A stretch of DNA of 63,740 bases, filler included, from Folioceros fuciformis (GCA_049999805.1; 7 parts of 7 records of this genome joined end to end with filler, not necessarily neighbours in it), one strand, 5' to 3'; shown: positions 11,521 to 24,067, numbered from the whole stretch's first letter. Notes: generated from the sequence alone by a model not told the origin. A program made the numbers and translations.

Positions 11521-13506
11521 ACAGATCGTGCACTACTGGTTGTCGACAATGTAGAGCCCTTTCCCTTTAATTATGACCTGAGCGGGGAAACACCCACGAG
11601 TATGAGATGCAAGCTCATCCAGCTGTGTCCACGTTCGACCACTTGCTCCACAACAGAGAGACCCACTAAGCTCCTCTCCAAGTGTTCCCTGGTCAGCCCT
11701 CATCCTTTACGTCCATTACTTCTGGTATTCGGAGAGCTTTGTGGAGGGAAGACCGGCACGGTACCTGTGACAAACCTCCCCGTCCGGGCTTTCAGTACAA
11801 GTTGGCATAAGCTGGCGATGCGTTGACAGCCACATATGGCTTACCTAGACTGAGCTCCACAACCAAGGGAGGTGGATACTGCAGCCCGCTGTCGGTACCT
11901 TCTCTCCAGGAAGGCTTCAGAAGGGTTTTCTTTTTGGGGCTACTCTGAACAAGCCGTCGATGAACCCAGTCGGATCTATTTCCTGCTCCTCATACTTGAA
12001 TGAATTGTCGAGGAAAGTCATCCAAAGTCGCGGAAACTCTCTGGAAAGTCTCTGGAACTCCAGACAGCGCTGCTACTCCGAGGACTGCAGAAGACAACTC
12101 AACCGTCTCCGCGCCTTCGAGGAGCACACGCTCCTGACGAAAGGTGAGCTTGAGGAGGTGGTCCCGCAGCGCACGTCTGTCACCACCATCGTTACCTGCA
12201 AAGCAGCTTACACCATCGTTGCTCCCGCCCGCCAAACACACAATCCTGTCCAACCCAACAGCAGCAAGGAACATGCACTTCTGAATCAGTACAAGGACAC
12301 GGATTCCGGGGCCCCCTGTCTGCATTTTCCTGACGCACCCAAGTCGGCTTGGCCCCCTTCATGCTTGTCGATTGCTGTACAAAAACACACATCAAAAGAA
12401 ATTGCTGGCCGGAACACTCCCCCCCCGGCCCGGCATTCTGATTGAGGCAACAAGCGTGGGAGCTTAGAGGTCCGAATATTACTTGTGATGCAAACCTTGC
12501 GCTGCAATCAGAACAATCCTTCAACCTATACAACAGTCACGATTCAACGCTGAGCTCCAAGAAGACTGAGCCGATGACGGCCACCACACCTCCCCGCCAG
12601 CGACGATGACTGGCACAGAACAATGGCAAGGAGAACAAATTTAAATTGCTTACAAGGCACTCGACGAATTAATTGGATTCGTGACATGTGCAAGAGAGGT
12701 CTTAGAACCACTCGTGTTCTCAATAAATATTGACTGTAGTAGAAGAGCACAGACACACTTTACTGGCTGGACGTGGAATCCCAATCCAGGAACAAGAACA
12801 ATGAGTAGCTTGCTTCTAATCCCTCCAGAGCTGCAGAGAAGAAGGCACCTGGTCCAGCTAGTCAAATTGAACCCCCCGACTGCAATCAAACTGGTCAGTC
12901 TGTGGGTCACAGTTTTTTGTGCTTCACACCGCTTCCTTCAATCAACGAGCCTGAGAAGGAAAGAAAGGCTGAGCTGTGCGACGGGCCGACTCGACGATGA
13001 ACGATCCACGAACCACAGCATTCTGAATGCACCCAACCAAGCGGGCCCGGCAGTACGGGGTGCCACCGGGGTGGTGAAACCGTTGGCAAAGTCAGTAGAA
13101 CTTACACCGATTTTTGACAATGTGATCACTATCCATGTGGCCGGGTGCCACATTCGCTGCCCAAGTGGTACTCGCCGGTCATCTCTCCCACTTGCACATG
13201 ATGAGAACAGGTAAATTCATGATGGGCTGCTACCATTTCCCTAATGATACTCAATGATCGAGGAACAACTGTCACAGAACTAGTACTAGTGCTCCTGGCT
13301 CAGGCAGGAGAATCTTTTCTATGTCGTGTTCCCTTCCCATTTGCTTTATTTCCTGAGCTGGAGCTGGAGGAGTGGCAGTGAGACGTGTCTTGGCAGAAGG
13401 TGCAGTACTTGTGGAGCTGGAGGCTGCACAGCTGTTCAAGGCAGTTGAGGAACGCAGGCCTCGGAGATCGCAGTGGCTCTTGAAAGCATCAGCGATGGAC
13501 GGGGGT

Positions 13507-13794
13507 CAGTATTGTGTTCGAGATTGGAAGAAACACATAATACAGTACAGTACAGTGTTCCGGGTTGGGCTGTGTGTGGACACTCTGGACTAGACTGGAC
13601 TGTGTGTTATACATCATGGTCTGGGCTTCGTGTCAGCCCCTCTGGACACTGTCTTAAACCATCTGGACATTGACACTCACAGTGTGCAGATGTTCAGATC
13701 TAAACGGAAGCAGAAAAGTGGAGACTTTTCTGGACTCACTTACTCAAGAATGGTGTTCTGGACTCAAGAACGAGACCAGGAGGTGTTCTGGACT
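13507..13794. repeat. Dispersed repeat copy 2
   Basis: Colinear blocks at 13665-13678, 13751-13766 and 13783-13793 match 11380-11393, 11476-11491 and 11508-11518. Confidence 0.6.
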
Positions 13795-14149
13795 CGAACG
13801 CCGTCGAATCCGCGCGTCAGCTTGCCTGCAATCCACCTCTCTCAAAAACAAACATGAGCGAAGTGAAATTTACTCTAGCGACTGAGGTCGGTCTTCCATT
13901 TCGTGTAACCCAGTCTGGTTGATGTTCTGGATTGGAAAGGGTTGCAAATTACAGCCCATCCTTCCCTGGGGGTAATCGTCAGTCACAAAACATTGGCTGG
14001 CAAGTCAGTTGTAATAAATTGCGTTTGAACCGAACACGTCGTTCAAGGCGTTTCGCGAAGTGAAGGACACTTCGAAGAGCTTCAGGGCCTGCACAGCACA
14101 GCACAACACAGGAAGAACGCACAGCTTTGTGAGCAGTTAGCCGGCCTTT

Positions 14150-14500
14150 TGGCAGCAGGGCCGAATTCAGGGAAGCATATACTGCTTGGCCATTGGGAGA
14201 TGTTAAGGAATGCCAGCATCTCATCAATTTTGCGCACCTCTTTGGGACCGACTGTAGTTTCCCAGCTCTCCAAGTCGCTAATGTTGTTGACGCTGAGGCT
14301 GTTGATGGTGGAGGCGATGGAGATCTCCAGGTCGTCTGTCACGATGAAGGTGAGGTTTTTCTTCACGTAGCCCGGCTTGGTGGCCGGGATCTTAACGTTG
14401 CAATTGGCTACGGATGCGCTCAATCCGGAGCCGAAGAGGGTGCCCGTGCCGGCATCGAGTCGGGACGGTTGGAACACTTCCACCAGGGTCACCGTGCAAA
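14150..14500 (-). pseudogene. DUF674-like protein fragment (C-terminal part)
   Basis: PGYVKKNLTFIVTDDLEISIASTINSLSV..ISDLESWETTVGPKEV resembles the DUF674 GYVK..TYMVTDDL.V...S...LEE..V.VG..E motif. No intact N-terminus seen. Confidence 0.55.
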
Positions 14501-14507
14501 GTGTTAG

Positions 14508-14615
14508 GAGCGAAGGAAGGCAAGGCTTGAAAGGAAGCAAGGAAGGAAAGGCTTGAAAGGAAGCAAGGAAGGAAAGGCTTGAAAGCAAGGAAGGAAGGGC
14601 TTGAAAGCAAGGAGG
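14508..14615. repeat. 22-26-bp purine-rich minisatellite (ggcttgaaaggaagcaaggaaggaaa) ~4 copies
   Basis: Directly visible. Confidence 0.85.
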
Positions 14616-15468
14616 CATGAAGCGCTGAGAATCGTGAAGTTACTGTACTTGAAGCCATGAAGCATTGCAAATGCCTAGATAGTGAGGCATTCATGATCAG
14701 CCGGAGATCACAGTTTGAGGGCCTTGTCTACGCAGTGTGTGTCACTGAGCGAAAGCCAGAGTGGTCCAGGAGAAAGAACGGAAGCCTGGAGTGAATCCAT
14801 GGGCCGTGTGCCCAAAATTTACGGAGCCAAAGGTTGAACTCGAGACCTCCGTGTTGAAGCCACAACTCAGTTCTGTTGTGGTTGTGTTGGCCTCATCCAT
14901 GGATATGGCAGGAGTTGCCCAAGCCATCCACCAACTGCTCGAAACTGAGAACACCTGATACAAAACCTGACAAAGCAATATACATACGGTCTTAAGGGAA
15001 AGCAAGGCGTCTTCTTTCCTTGAACAAGGTCGGGTCTTCTTTCCTTGAACCCGTTTAGGTATGTCGCGGGTCTGCTACGGCGGCTCAGCTGGTGCTGTCC
15101 ACACCACACGCCCTTGCTATATTACTGTACAGCAAGGGCGGGCGGCCTTAACGGCCAGCAGGCCAGAACAACGATGATGTGAGGGACACGATTTTGCTTC
15201 CTTCTTGACCTAGGCGGCTGATCCGTTTGCAGAGAATGCCTGGTTGGTCATCAGAGGGTCCAACCATCGGAGGGTTCTACTAGTGATGCGCGTCTGGATG
15301 ATGCTCGCATGTGAGGTCCTCTACTAAGCGGTAGACGTCGCCCGTGAGCGACGCCGGAGCGCGGGCTACAGCGCTCGGGGCTGGGCTGCATCGCCGGCAG
15401 CTGGCCGGCGAGGGGGCCTGGCACCTGGCCGCTATGCCGCCTGCGCCTCCCTGTGGTCCGCTGCGCCT

Positions 15469-15606
15469 GAGCTTGAGCCTGCAGGCTTGGCGGCAAGGGC
15501 TGGCGACTCTCGGCGCCCCACGCGCTACTGCTTGTTTGAGCTTGAGCCTGCTGGCTTGGCGCCAGGGGCTGGCGGCTCCCGGCGCCCCACGCGCTACTGC
15601 CTGTTT
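15469..15606. repeat. 69-bp GC-rich tandem duplication
   Basis: gagcttgagcctgc...ggcgccccacgcgctactgc.tgttt occurs twice. Confidence 0.85.
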
Positions 15607-15779
15607 GAATTTGCAGTCCCCCGAATTTGGCATTTCTCGTGGTGTTAGTTATGTAAAGACTCCGTAACGACTGTAAAATACCTTACAGAATTTTTATGTA
15701 CAGTATCTTACACCTTTTGCTTTCATTTCCTCTTCTTGGGGGCGGGCTTCACTGGCGCTGCCGTCACTGTAGACATTAC

Positions 15780-15859
15780 TTCTTCCTCAACAACACTCAC
15801 TAACCTCGTAGAAATGGTTCTTCCTCAACAACACTCACTAACCTCGTAGAAATGGTTCG
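15780..15859. repeat. 38-bp perfect tandem duplication
   Basis: ttcttcctcaacaacactcactaacctcgtagaaatgg x2. Confidence 0.9.
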
Positions 15860-16074
15860 CCGCGGGGTTGTTGCCCTTCTTCTCTTCCATGGAGGAACCA
15901 ACATTTCACGTTCCAAACAACCCGACATAAGATCCTTGCATAATTCAAAAATACGCTGTAAGACATCTTACCCTCGAGCGGCGAGAATGTGATGAATCCT
16001 GGGAAATTCGTGCCCAAGGACGGGTCCCTGTATATCTTCTGCGATGGGGCTCTGTGCATCCTCAGCTGTGCTCT

Positions 16075-16160
16075 CGCCGTCTTTGGGTGGGGGCCCCTCT
16101 GTATCTTCGGGTGGGGGCCTCTCAGCATCTTCGGGTGGGGGCCCATCTGCATCTTCATGG
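16075..16160. repeat. 24-bp tandem repeat (atcttcgggtgggggcc core) ~3.5 copies
   Basis: Directly visible; reads PPPED repeats in one minus-strand frame. Confidence 0.75.
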
Positions 16161-16479
16161 GGAGGCAGGGTTTGAACCCCTGCGAGGCCATGAAGGATGT
16201 GTCCGCATATTTAGTGAAGGGCACATGGCCTTGTGAATAGCGATCGATCGGTTCTTCGCTGTAAGCTCCATTACAGCTATTCGTCATAAGTTTCACAACA
16301 AACACACAGCTGTAAGATATATTATAGCTAAAACTGATAATCTGACAGAACATTTAAGTAAAACTCCTAAAGTACCTTCCGACCATAGCTTGCACAAGGG
16401 GGGGAAAATGCAGGTCCCCGCCCATCCTTCTACCTGCTGTTGCTCCTCTTGCTGATGCCCCCCCTCCCCCCCCATCCTT

Positions 16480-16579
16480 NNNNNNNNNNNNNNNNNNNNN
16501 NNNNNNNNNNNNNNNNNNNNNNNTTAATTAATTAANNNNNNNNNNNNNNNNNNNNNNNNNNNNNNNNNNNNNNNNNNNN
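16480..16579. other. Artificial contig linker
   Basis: N-TTAATTAATTAA-N. Confidence 0.98.
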
Positions 16580-19500
16580 TACCTCACATCTGCACATGGC
16601 ATATGGGACCAGTTAGAAAAGACATATCATATCTAGAACATGATGACGCTATATGCAGTCATGCAGGAATTCTTCTCCCTCAAAATGAAAGAAGGAGAAA
16701 AGGTGTCCTCACATGTCAGCAGGTTTCGGAACCTTCGTGCCTAGCTCACTGGGATGACGGGACAAAAGATGTTAGAGGTGGACGCTATCGCCCAACTGCT
16801 GAGCAGCCTTCCTGCCTCCTACCAGACTTTCATTACGAGCCAAAACGGCCCAACACACGCTGCCACAGCTGCCTCCTGTCAAATAGCGACCATCACCTTG
16901 GAGGAGGTGATTGGTGCGCTATTCCAGGAGGAGTAGAGTCGAGCCTTCTCATCTGCCTTCAGGAACAAGGGAGAGAAGGCATTAGCTACAAACTTCCGCA
17001 AGGGAAGAACCTGACCCAGAAGTACAGCAATGCAGGGACAGAGGGGAGAACCTATAAACCCCGTCAAGAGAATCGGCAATTGTATCTGGTGTGGCCTCCT
17101 CGGCCACTGGGCCAGAGAGTGCCGAAAAGAAGGGCAGGCGAGTCCTCACGGCAGCAAAAGTCAGCTGCAAACGTGGCTGTAAGACAGAACAAGTCGGGAG
17201 ACTCGAAGGCCCCTGTGAAGATACTAACAGTCTACATGTCCAGCACCCTTAGTGACGACAGCTACTGGCACCTTGACTCTGGGGCGACGACCCACATCTG
17301 CAAGAAGAGGGAACTTTTTAGTACCCTCGATTTAACACAAAAAGGTGGTTAGGTATTTCTTGCAGACGAGCAGAGCAAGAAAAGTCTGTGCATTGAGGGC
17401 AAGGGTACCTGTGTCTTCAGCCTCCATGATGGCACTGAACTAACCCTAATAGATGTCACTTATGTCCTAGGCATGGCCAAGAACCTCATGTCCATGAGCC
17501 AGCTCATGAGACAGCGGTCTTCTACATGCACGCAGACTCTGAGCACTGGTGCCTCTACAGGCAGTCATCTCCCCACACATGTGCTTTTGAGGGACTGCTT
17601 GAGAGCAACCTGTACAGGCTTAACATCACCTGTTCTAGTTCAGACCCGCACACAGAGGCCGCCCACTCAACTACAGGTCCTAACCTAAGTCAAGCACAGC
17701 AGGCCCTGCTATGGCATGCCCGCCTAGGACATGTTAATAGGTCGAAGCTGATTAACATGTTAGCCCTAGAGTGCCACCGAGAACCTCTCCCCAAATGCTT
17801 CAAGCAGTTACCTGTGTGTGAATCATGCATCCTCGCTAAGCAGAAGGAGTCACCATTTCTTGATTCACCAGCACAGAGGGCCAGCCGAGTCCTTGAGTTA
17901 GTCCACGCAGACATCTCAGGCAAAGTTCACAAGCCATCCCTTGGAGGTGCTCGTTACTTCCTAACAGTCACTGATGACTACAGTCGCTACACGTGGACCT
18001 ACTCCATGCATCTGAAAAGTGACACCTATGCCTGCTTCAAGGAATGGCTTACCATAGCCCAGAGGCAGTCAGGACAGCTCCTGAAGACCCTCAAAACTGA
18101 CAACGGCACCGAATTTGTCAACTCATCCTTTAACGACCTCTTGCAGACCTCAGGAATCTTGCGCCAGCTCACAATGCCCTACACACCACAACAGAACGGT
18201 GTGTCATAACACAAGAACCAAACTCTGCTCTCAATGACAAGAAGCATGCTGCTATGGGCAAACTTACCACAGGGCTATTGGGCCGAGGCCATAGTGGCGG
18301 CGACCTACATCCTCAACCGTGTCATAACCAGTACTATTCCAACCAAGACTCCCTTCGAGGTATTCTGGAACAAGAAGCCCAGCCTTTTGCACCTCCGAGT
18401 CTTCGGATCCCGCGCCTATGCTCACATCCTTGCAAAGAAAAGACACAAGTTGGACAACGGCTCAGAGGCACTCATTCTGGTCGGCTACAGCAAGCACTCT
18501 AAGGCATATAAGTTATACAACCCTGACGCCGACTACATTGTGCTCGCCAGGAGTGTTACCTTCATAGAGCCTTGTAGCCCTACTCTAGGGGAACCTCCTT
18601 CAGTGGATCCCACCTAGCCAGCTGACCAACCCTCCGTCTTCCCCACTGATGATGATGAACCTGCATAGGCAGCATCACCTCCTGTTACAGCACCACATGA
18701 AGACACCCCTGCTAATCCTACTATCTTAGCCCTCGACGCAGCCCTGCATCAACCTGTATTGGATGCAGAGGGGAATTGGGGACAGCTGACTTGAGGATGG
18801 CTAACGACGTAGCTGAGCCAGCTGACCCCCTTGAGCCTCCAACTCAGGTTGTCGAGTCTGCGCCTGGACCTGACTCCCCGCGCCCCTCCACGCACCATAG
18901 ACCTCCTCCATCTGAATGGAGGGAGCCACCTTATGCTTCCATTGACTTCAGGACACATGCCGTCCCTGAGCTCAACCCAGGCTCTCTCCTACCTACAAAA
19001 CCCACCACACTCACTTAGGCACTCAGTAGCCCTGAGTGCGAGCAGTGGCGGTCAACAGTTGAGGACGAATACAAATCTCTAGTCAAGAACAGTACATGGA
19101 CCCTCGTCGACCTCCCACCTGGCAGGAAGGCCATATCCTGCAAGTGGACATTTAAAACTAAGCTGAATGCCAAGGGAGAAGTTGCGAGATTCAAAGCACG
19201 GTTAGTGGCTAGGGGGTTCACTCAGGTGGAGGGGCTGGACTACCAAGCAACATTCTCACTTGTAGTTCGCAGCCAGTCCATCCGCCTTATCCTTACCTAT
19301 GCCACAGAATTCGACTTGGACCTCCAGCAAATGGACGTATGCACAGCCTTCCTCTATGGCGCTCTCGACGAGGAATTGTACATGCTCCAACCCGAAGCCT
19401 ACCAAGACCCTACACACCCACACAAGGTGTTAAGGCTACTGAAGTGTATCCACGGGCTGAAAAAGAGTGGGAGAGTATGGTACCTCACTATGCACGAGTA

Positions 19501-21468
19501 CCTGCTGAGCATTAACTTCACTCAGAATGCTGCAGACACCAACGTGTACAGGCTGGCAGCAGGATCCTCCGTTGTACTCCTCGCCCTGTACGTGGACGAC
19601 CTGATACTTGCCACAAATCACCAGAACCTGTTAGCAGAAGTGAAGACACAGCTACACAAGAGGTTCGACATGAAGGACATCAAAGAATTGAAATATTGCA
19701 TGGGCATCCAACTCCTACGCGCACGAGATGCTGGGATCATGTACATCCATCAAAGCAAGTACATCAATGAGATCCTACTGAAGTTTCATCTCGATCAGGC
19801 CAGACCCGCCACCACTCCATATGCGGTGGGCACCAAGCTGACCCACCAACAGAGCCCACAGACACCTGATGAGTTGAAAGACATGGAAGGTGTACCCTAA
19901 AGGCATGCCATCGGCAGCCTGATCTTCGTCGGCAATTGGACCAGGCTTGATATACAGTACTCAGTTAGTACTGTATCACAGTTCCTGGACTACCCAGGGA
20001 GAGCGCACTGGACAGCAGTAAAACGGATCTTCCGCTACCTCACGGGTACAGCACACTACAGCCTAATGTACTATAGAAGCGGAAAACAATAGCTCAACTT
20101 ATCTGGCTATTCAGACGCAAACTGGGCGTCCGACTCCAACTCCGACTCCAGACGTAGCATCTCATCCTACTGCTTCTTGCTTGCATCCGTAGCGGTCACC
20201 TGGAGCGGCAAGAAATAGGTCACCATTGCTCTCAACTCCATTGAAGCTGAATGCAAGTCACTAACGGAAGCAGCTAAAGAGGCAGAATGGGAGAGAGGGT
20301 TCCTTTCTGACCTTAGCTACCTGCAGTATGACCCGACTCCCATCCTGTGCGACAACACCTCAGCCCTGGAGCTAGTAGCGAGGCCGACCTTCCACGCCAA
20401 AACAAAACACATAGAGATACAACACCACTACATACAAGACGTGGTGTCCAGAGGTATCATCAAGGTCAGCTACACTAGCATAGAGGCGAACACGGCGGAC
20501 ATATTCACCAAAGGCTTGCCACAACACGCCCACTATCTGCACATGAGAGGGCTAGGCCTAGGCGACTTCTCCGCCTATCTTGAACCATAACAGGATATGG
20601 TTGTTGAGAGGGGGAAGCTCGGGATGCCGCCCGCTGTTCAGCTCCCGCACTGAACACACACGCCGCCCTCTCACCAGCCAAGGCAACGCAACCCTGGCAC
20701 ATGCTAGCTGTGAAATAATAACACCATCAACTCATGAGAGGCTAGGGGACAAGCAAAACACCAGCACAACCATCTGCCTACGAGCCGGACAAAGCCGCAG
20801 TGCCGACACAGTCGGCTAGAGTATACACCAACAAGGCCCCTCAGGCCGCAGCCCACAAGCCTGCGAGGCAAGGAACTACTTCACAGCCTGAGCACACCCA
20901 CGCAGGCACTACAACGCTGTGCCTCATGTCGGCCCTCACGATCGTGACCCACAAGCTCCGAAAGGCAGACGCCCACAAGACAACCCTGGCTGCACAGTGA
21001 CCACACTGCCTTAGCGCCATCCTGCAGTATCAGCTGCACACCACAGGTGCCACATGGCCGCAAGTCCCCAGCCACAACCTCTTCTATAGTCGCCCGCAGG
21101 TCAAATCATCCAAGACGGCACACAAGTGCTCCCGTCCGCTGCTGAGCACCCTCAGCCCCGCATTCGAAGAATGAAGCGGCGCCTCCCCTGCACCCAAGTC
21201 ACTCTGAGTACGGCGGTGCCTGCCCTAGACCTAAAGCTGTTAGCGTCTGGTTTAAGAGGGGGTGTTAAAGCATATATAGCGTCCTTAATATCTTTAGACT
21301 AATATATGGGGTAAACTCAGACAAAACGTCGCAACCCTATAGGGTAAGTTTGGTAGATAGGATAATCAATATCTAAGTCACAACGCCGATGTAAGAGTGA
21401 CACTTTATTATTCAATTGCAAAATACATAGGAGAACCGCTCTCAGAATTGCCATGCTCCCTGATCACA
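16580..21468 (+). mobile_element. Ty1/copia LTR retrotransposon, decayed, 5' truncated by contig end
   Basis: gag (LLSSLPASY), zinc knuckle CIWCGLLGHWAREC, protease WHLDSGATTHIC, LWHARLGH, integrase (VHADISG, KTDNGTEF, YTPQQNG), RT (QMDVCTAFLYG, LALYVDDLI) and RNase H (FHAKTKHIEI, ADIFTKGL) to 20590. Stops and frameshifts present. Confidence 0.95.
21263..21468 (+). repeat. 3' LTR of the copia element, preceded by polypurine tract AAGAGGGGG (21254-21262)
   Basis: PPT directly followed by TGTT; AT-rich; putative CA end at 21468 (end approximate). Confidence 0.65.
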
Positions 21469-23420
21469 TTGTTCTCAAGTAAACTATAGGGACTTAAAGT
21501 CGGGAGCAAGTGAAAGAGTTTGCTCTCTCCATCATCTACCAATTCACACAAAGTGAACAAAGATGCTAGAAAAGTGGACAATAGGAGGCCACCGGCCAAA
21601 CTTGATGCAAGTCCAAGTGCATGTGACAACAAAAGCACCAACTCTTTTGCACACTCTTTCCATATGGCTGCTAAGGTCAAAGCACAAAGTAAGTTGTGGC
21701 TTGGAAGCACTTGTTTTCAATGGCAAACTATCAAGATTCTTGTCGTATAGTAATTTTTCCTATAATGAAAGTGCGACAAGCAACAGAGATGGAAAAGTTA
21801 TTGTGAGAGAAAGAAAGATTCCAAGTGCAACAAACTACAATGAGAGAAGAGAGAGAATCACAACAAGCTATACAATGGGAGGAGAGACATTTGAAACTGG
21901 AAACTGCTAAAGAGGACAACAAAACCAAGCTTGAGATGAAGCGAATGGAGCTGTGGAAGTCCGTTCTTGATGAAAAACTGGATCAAGAAGAAATGAAGGA
22001 CATCATTCAAAAGTTGGAGAAGAATTTTGGCAATAATAAGGACTTGTAGATAGCCGTTCAAAAGTAGTAGTTCATACATGAGTTAGCGGCAATACACATC
22101 TCTCATAGTTTCTAGCTAGTACTTTGGGCTTTAAAACTTCATGAAAGCTGGCAGACGTATTTGCATAAACTTGTGTCGGGTCATCCAGTGCATTTCAAGA
22201 CAAGATCTTCCTCATAATGAAGCTCAATCCAAGCATCCCCAAGGTTGGCCAACATGTTGTGTAGGAGGCAACATGCAACAACCCACCTAGATATTTGTTT
22301 GACGTCCTCTTCACATTTTATTTGGCATCGTAGCTCTTGTAGAGATCCCCATCTTGACTTGAATATGCTAATGCAATGCTCATTTCGAACTCTGCTTTTA
22401 GATAAGTAATAATTGAACTCTACATTCTCCCTAAAGGAAGGAGCTTGATCTGATGAAATACAAAAATGTGACATTAGAAATGTGCAATCTCCTAGAAGGT
22501 ATTGCCCTACCAAGAAATGAGTACTTGGATCCTTATAGATACTCATTCTTTGAAACACAAATGCATCATGATTAGAGCCAGAACAACCAACATGTAGAGA
22601 AGTGATTCTTTTGTCGACATCACATACAACTTGGAGGTTTATAGAATACCTATACACAGAACACAATATTGGAATCATAAATCAAGCATGTCGGAGGTCT
22701 TTGATGTTTGTGAAATGTTAAAGGCATACCTTCGTTTCCTATCAAAATATTGCTCGCTGCCAATATAGGCTTTTGTGATAACGGCAAAGTTGTCCCGTCA
22801 ATGAAGCCAACACATCCCTCAAAACTCTCTAGGTGCATCACTTCACTAATCTTAGACCATCTACTTTCATCTACCCACTTCATCCACTCATGGTGCATAT
22901 CAAGCAAAGCAATAATCACACGTTGGGTCTATTTTACAACAATGTCATGGCCAATGTGAAATAGTTGACATATTTTCCCAATGGTTGCTCCATTTCCTAC
23001 AGCTCCAAATCTACATAAAGTAACTCCCAATTGCCAAGCAACTTGACTCTCAGAACAATTGGAGTTGTTAAAGAAACTTGGTTGTTGCTAAGGAGGGTGT
23101 AGAGCGACTTGAAACCTCGATGTGAAGTACGTAGCAATTGTCTGAACTCATCTGGAGGCATGTTAGAAAAGTGTGAATGGCCACACGTACGAGGGGCAAT
23201 GACATTTGCCTTTCACATTTACAAATCGAGATGCTTGAGCAAGCATATATAAATCAAAGAGAGTTTCCTCCTCCTCTAAAGTGTCATTGAGCAAACTTAT
23301 AATGGCCATACTTTCTCCAAGTCCAACAAAAATTGCTTCCAGAGCGAGCAATATGGCATAGTGATGGTCCACAACACTTAGAGTAATCGGCACCAACCCT
23401 TGGAAAGCCATTTAGCAATG
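21469..23420. mobile_element. PIF/Harbinger transposon remnant (two convergent genes)
   Basis: Plus-strand coiled-coil C-terminus of an accessory (Myb-like) ORF to 22049, facing a minus-strand DDE transposase. Confidence 0.85.
22181..23200 (-). pseudogene. Harbinger transposase (HARBI1/DDE_Tnp_4), degraded, with an 80-nt intron at 22650-22729
   Basis: GCVGFIDGT, YFDRKRR|YSINLQVVCD, GSNHDAFVF, YLLGD, FNYYLSKSRVRNEHCISIFKSRW and ACCLLHN motifs. Confidence 0.9.
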
Positions 23421-23918
23421 CTTTGGAAGGTGGGTAATCTAGAGGGATCCAAGCAAAAGCGATTTGGAGGGAGAGCGAGGGTGATAAGCAACACAAGAGC
23501 AAGAGTGGCAACATAAGAGCAAGGGCGATAAGGAACACAACACCTAGATGGGTGGGTCGCACCTTGGTCACATGGGGATGGAATGGCGGGTGGCGTATGA
23601 GTCCACGAAGTAATAGGCATTAGCGAAATCTATTAGGGTACCCCCTAGTGGTTTAGGCGAAGCCCAAATACTTATGTATTTGATCTTCTAATACGGAAGT
23701 ATCCTACTTATGGCCTGTCTCAACCAAATACGACACAAAAGCACAAGAATGACACTAATATATGTCTGAAAAGATTTGATGTCCCGAGCATTCGTTACGC
23801 TAATGGTACACAAATGTACCTATGTAGTTTGCTTCTCAACTCAACTAACCTCAACTTCATTAAACTAAACTAAGTAGATGTAGTTGACTGAGGAAAGGGC
23901 CATCAGGGGGTAATGCGT

Positions 23919-23926
23919 TTTCCCGC
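23919..23926 (+). promoter_or_regulatory. E2F binding site TTTCCCGC upstream of DNA primase
   Basis: Exact canonical E2F consensus ~140 bp before the primase ATG. Confidence 0.65.
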
Positions 23927-24067
23927 GCTTTTCATTTCCTTCCCAGCCGCACTGCCCATGTGCCAAAGCAGGAGGGGGCCTTAGCGAGGCGAGGTGTTGG
24001 AGGTTCAAAGCATTCGGAGGCTGCCGCTGCCTCTGAAATTTGAGACTTTGATTGAGAACGGGCTGCT

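Noticed and set aside
13631..13640. TGTCAGCCCC identical to the start of the tandem units at 54735 and 55671
   Set aside because: Internal to a different repeat, not conserved in its sister copy, and with no flanking similarity; likely chance.
14508..16160. Clusters of short repeats resembling a CRISPR array
   Set aside because: Head-to-tail tandem units without unique spacers, no cas genes, and a eukaryotic context.
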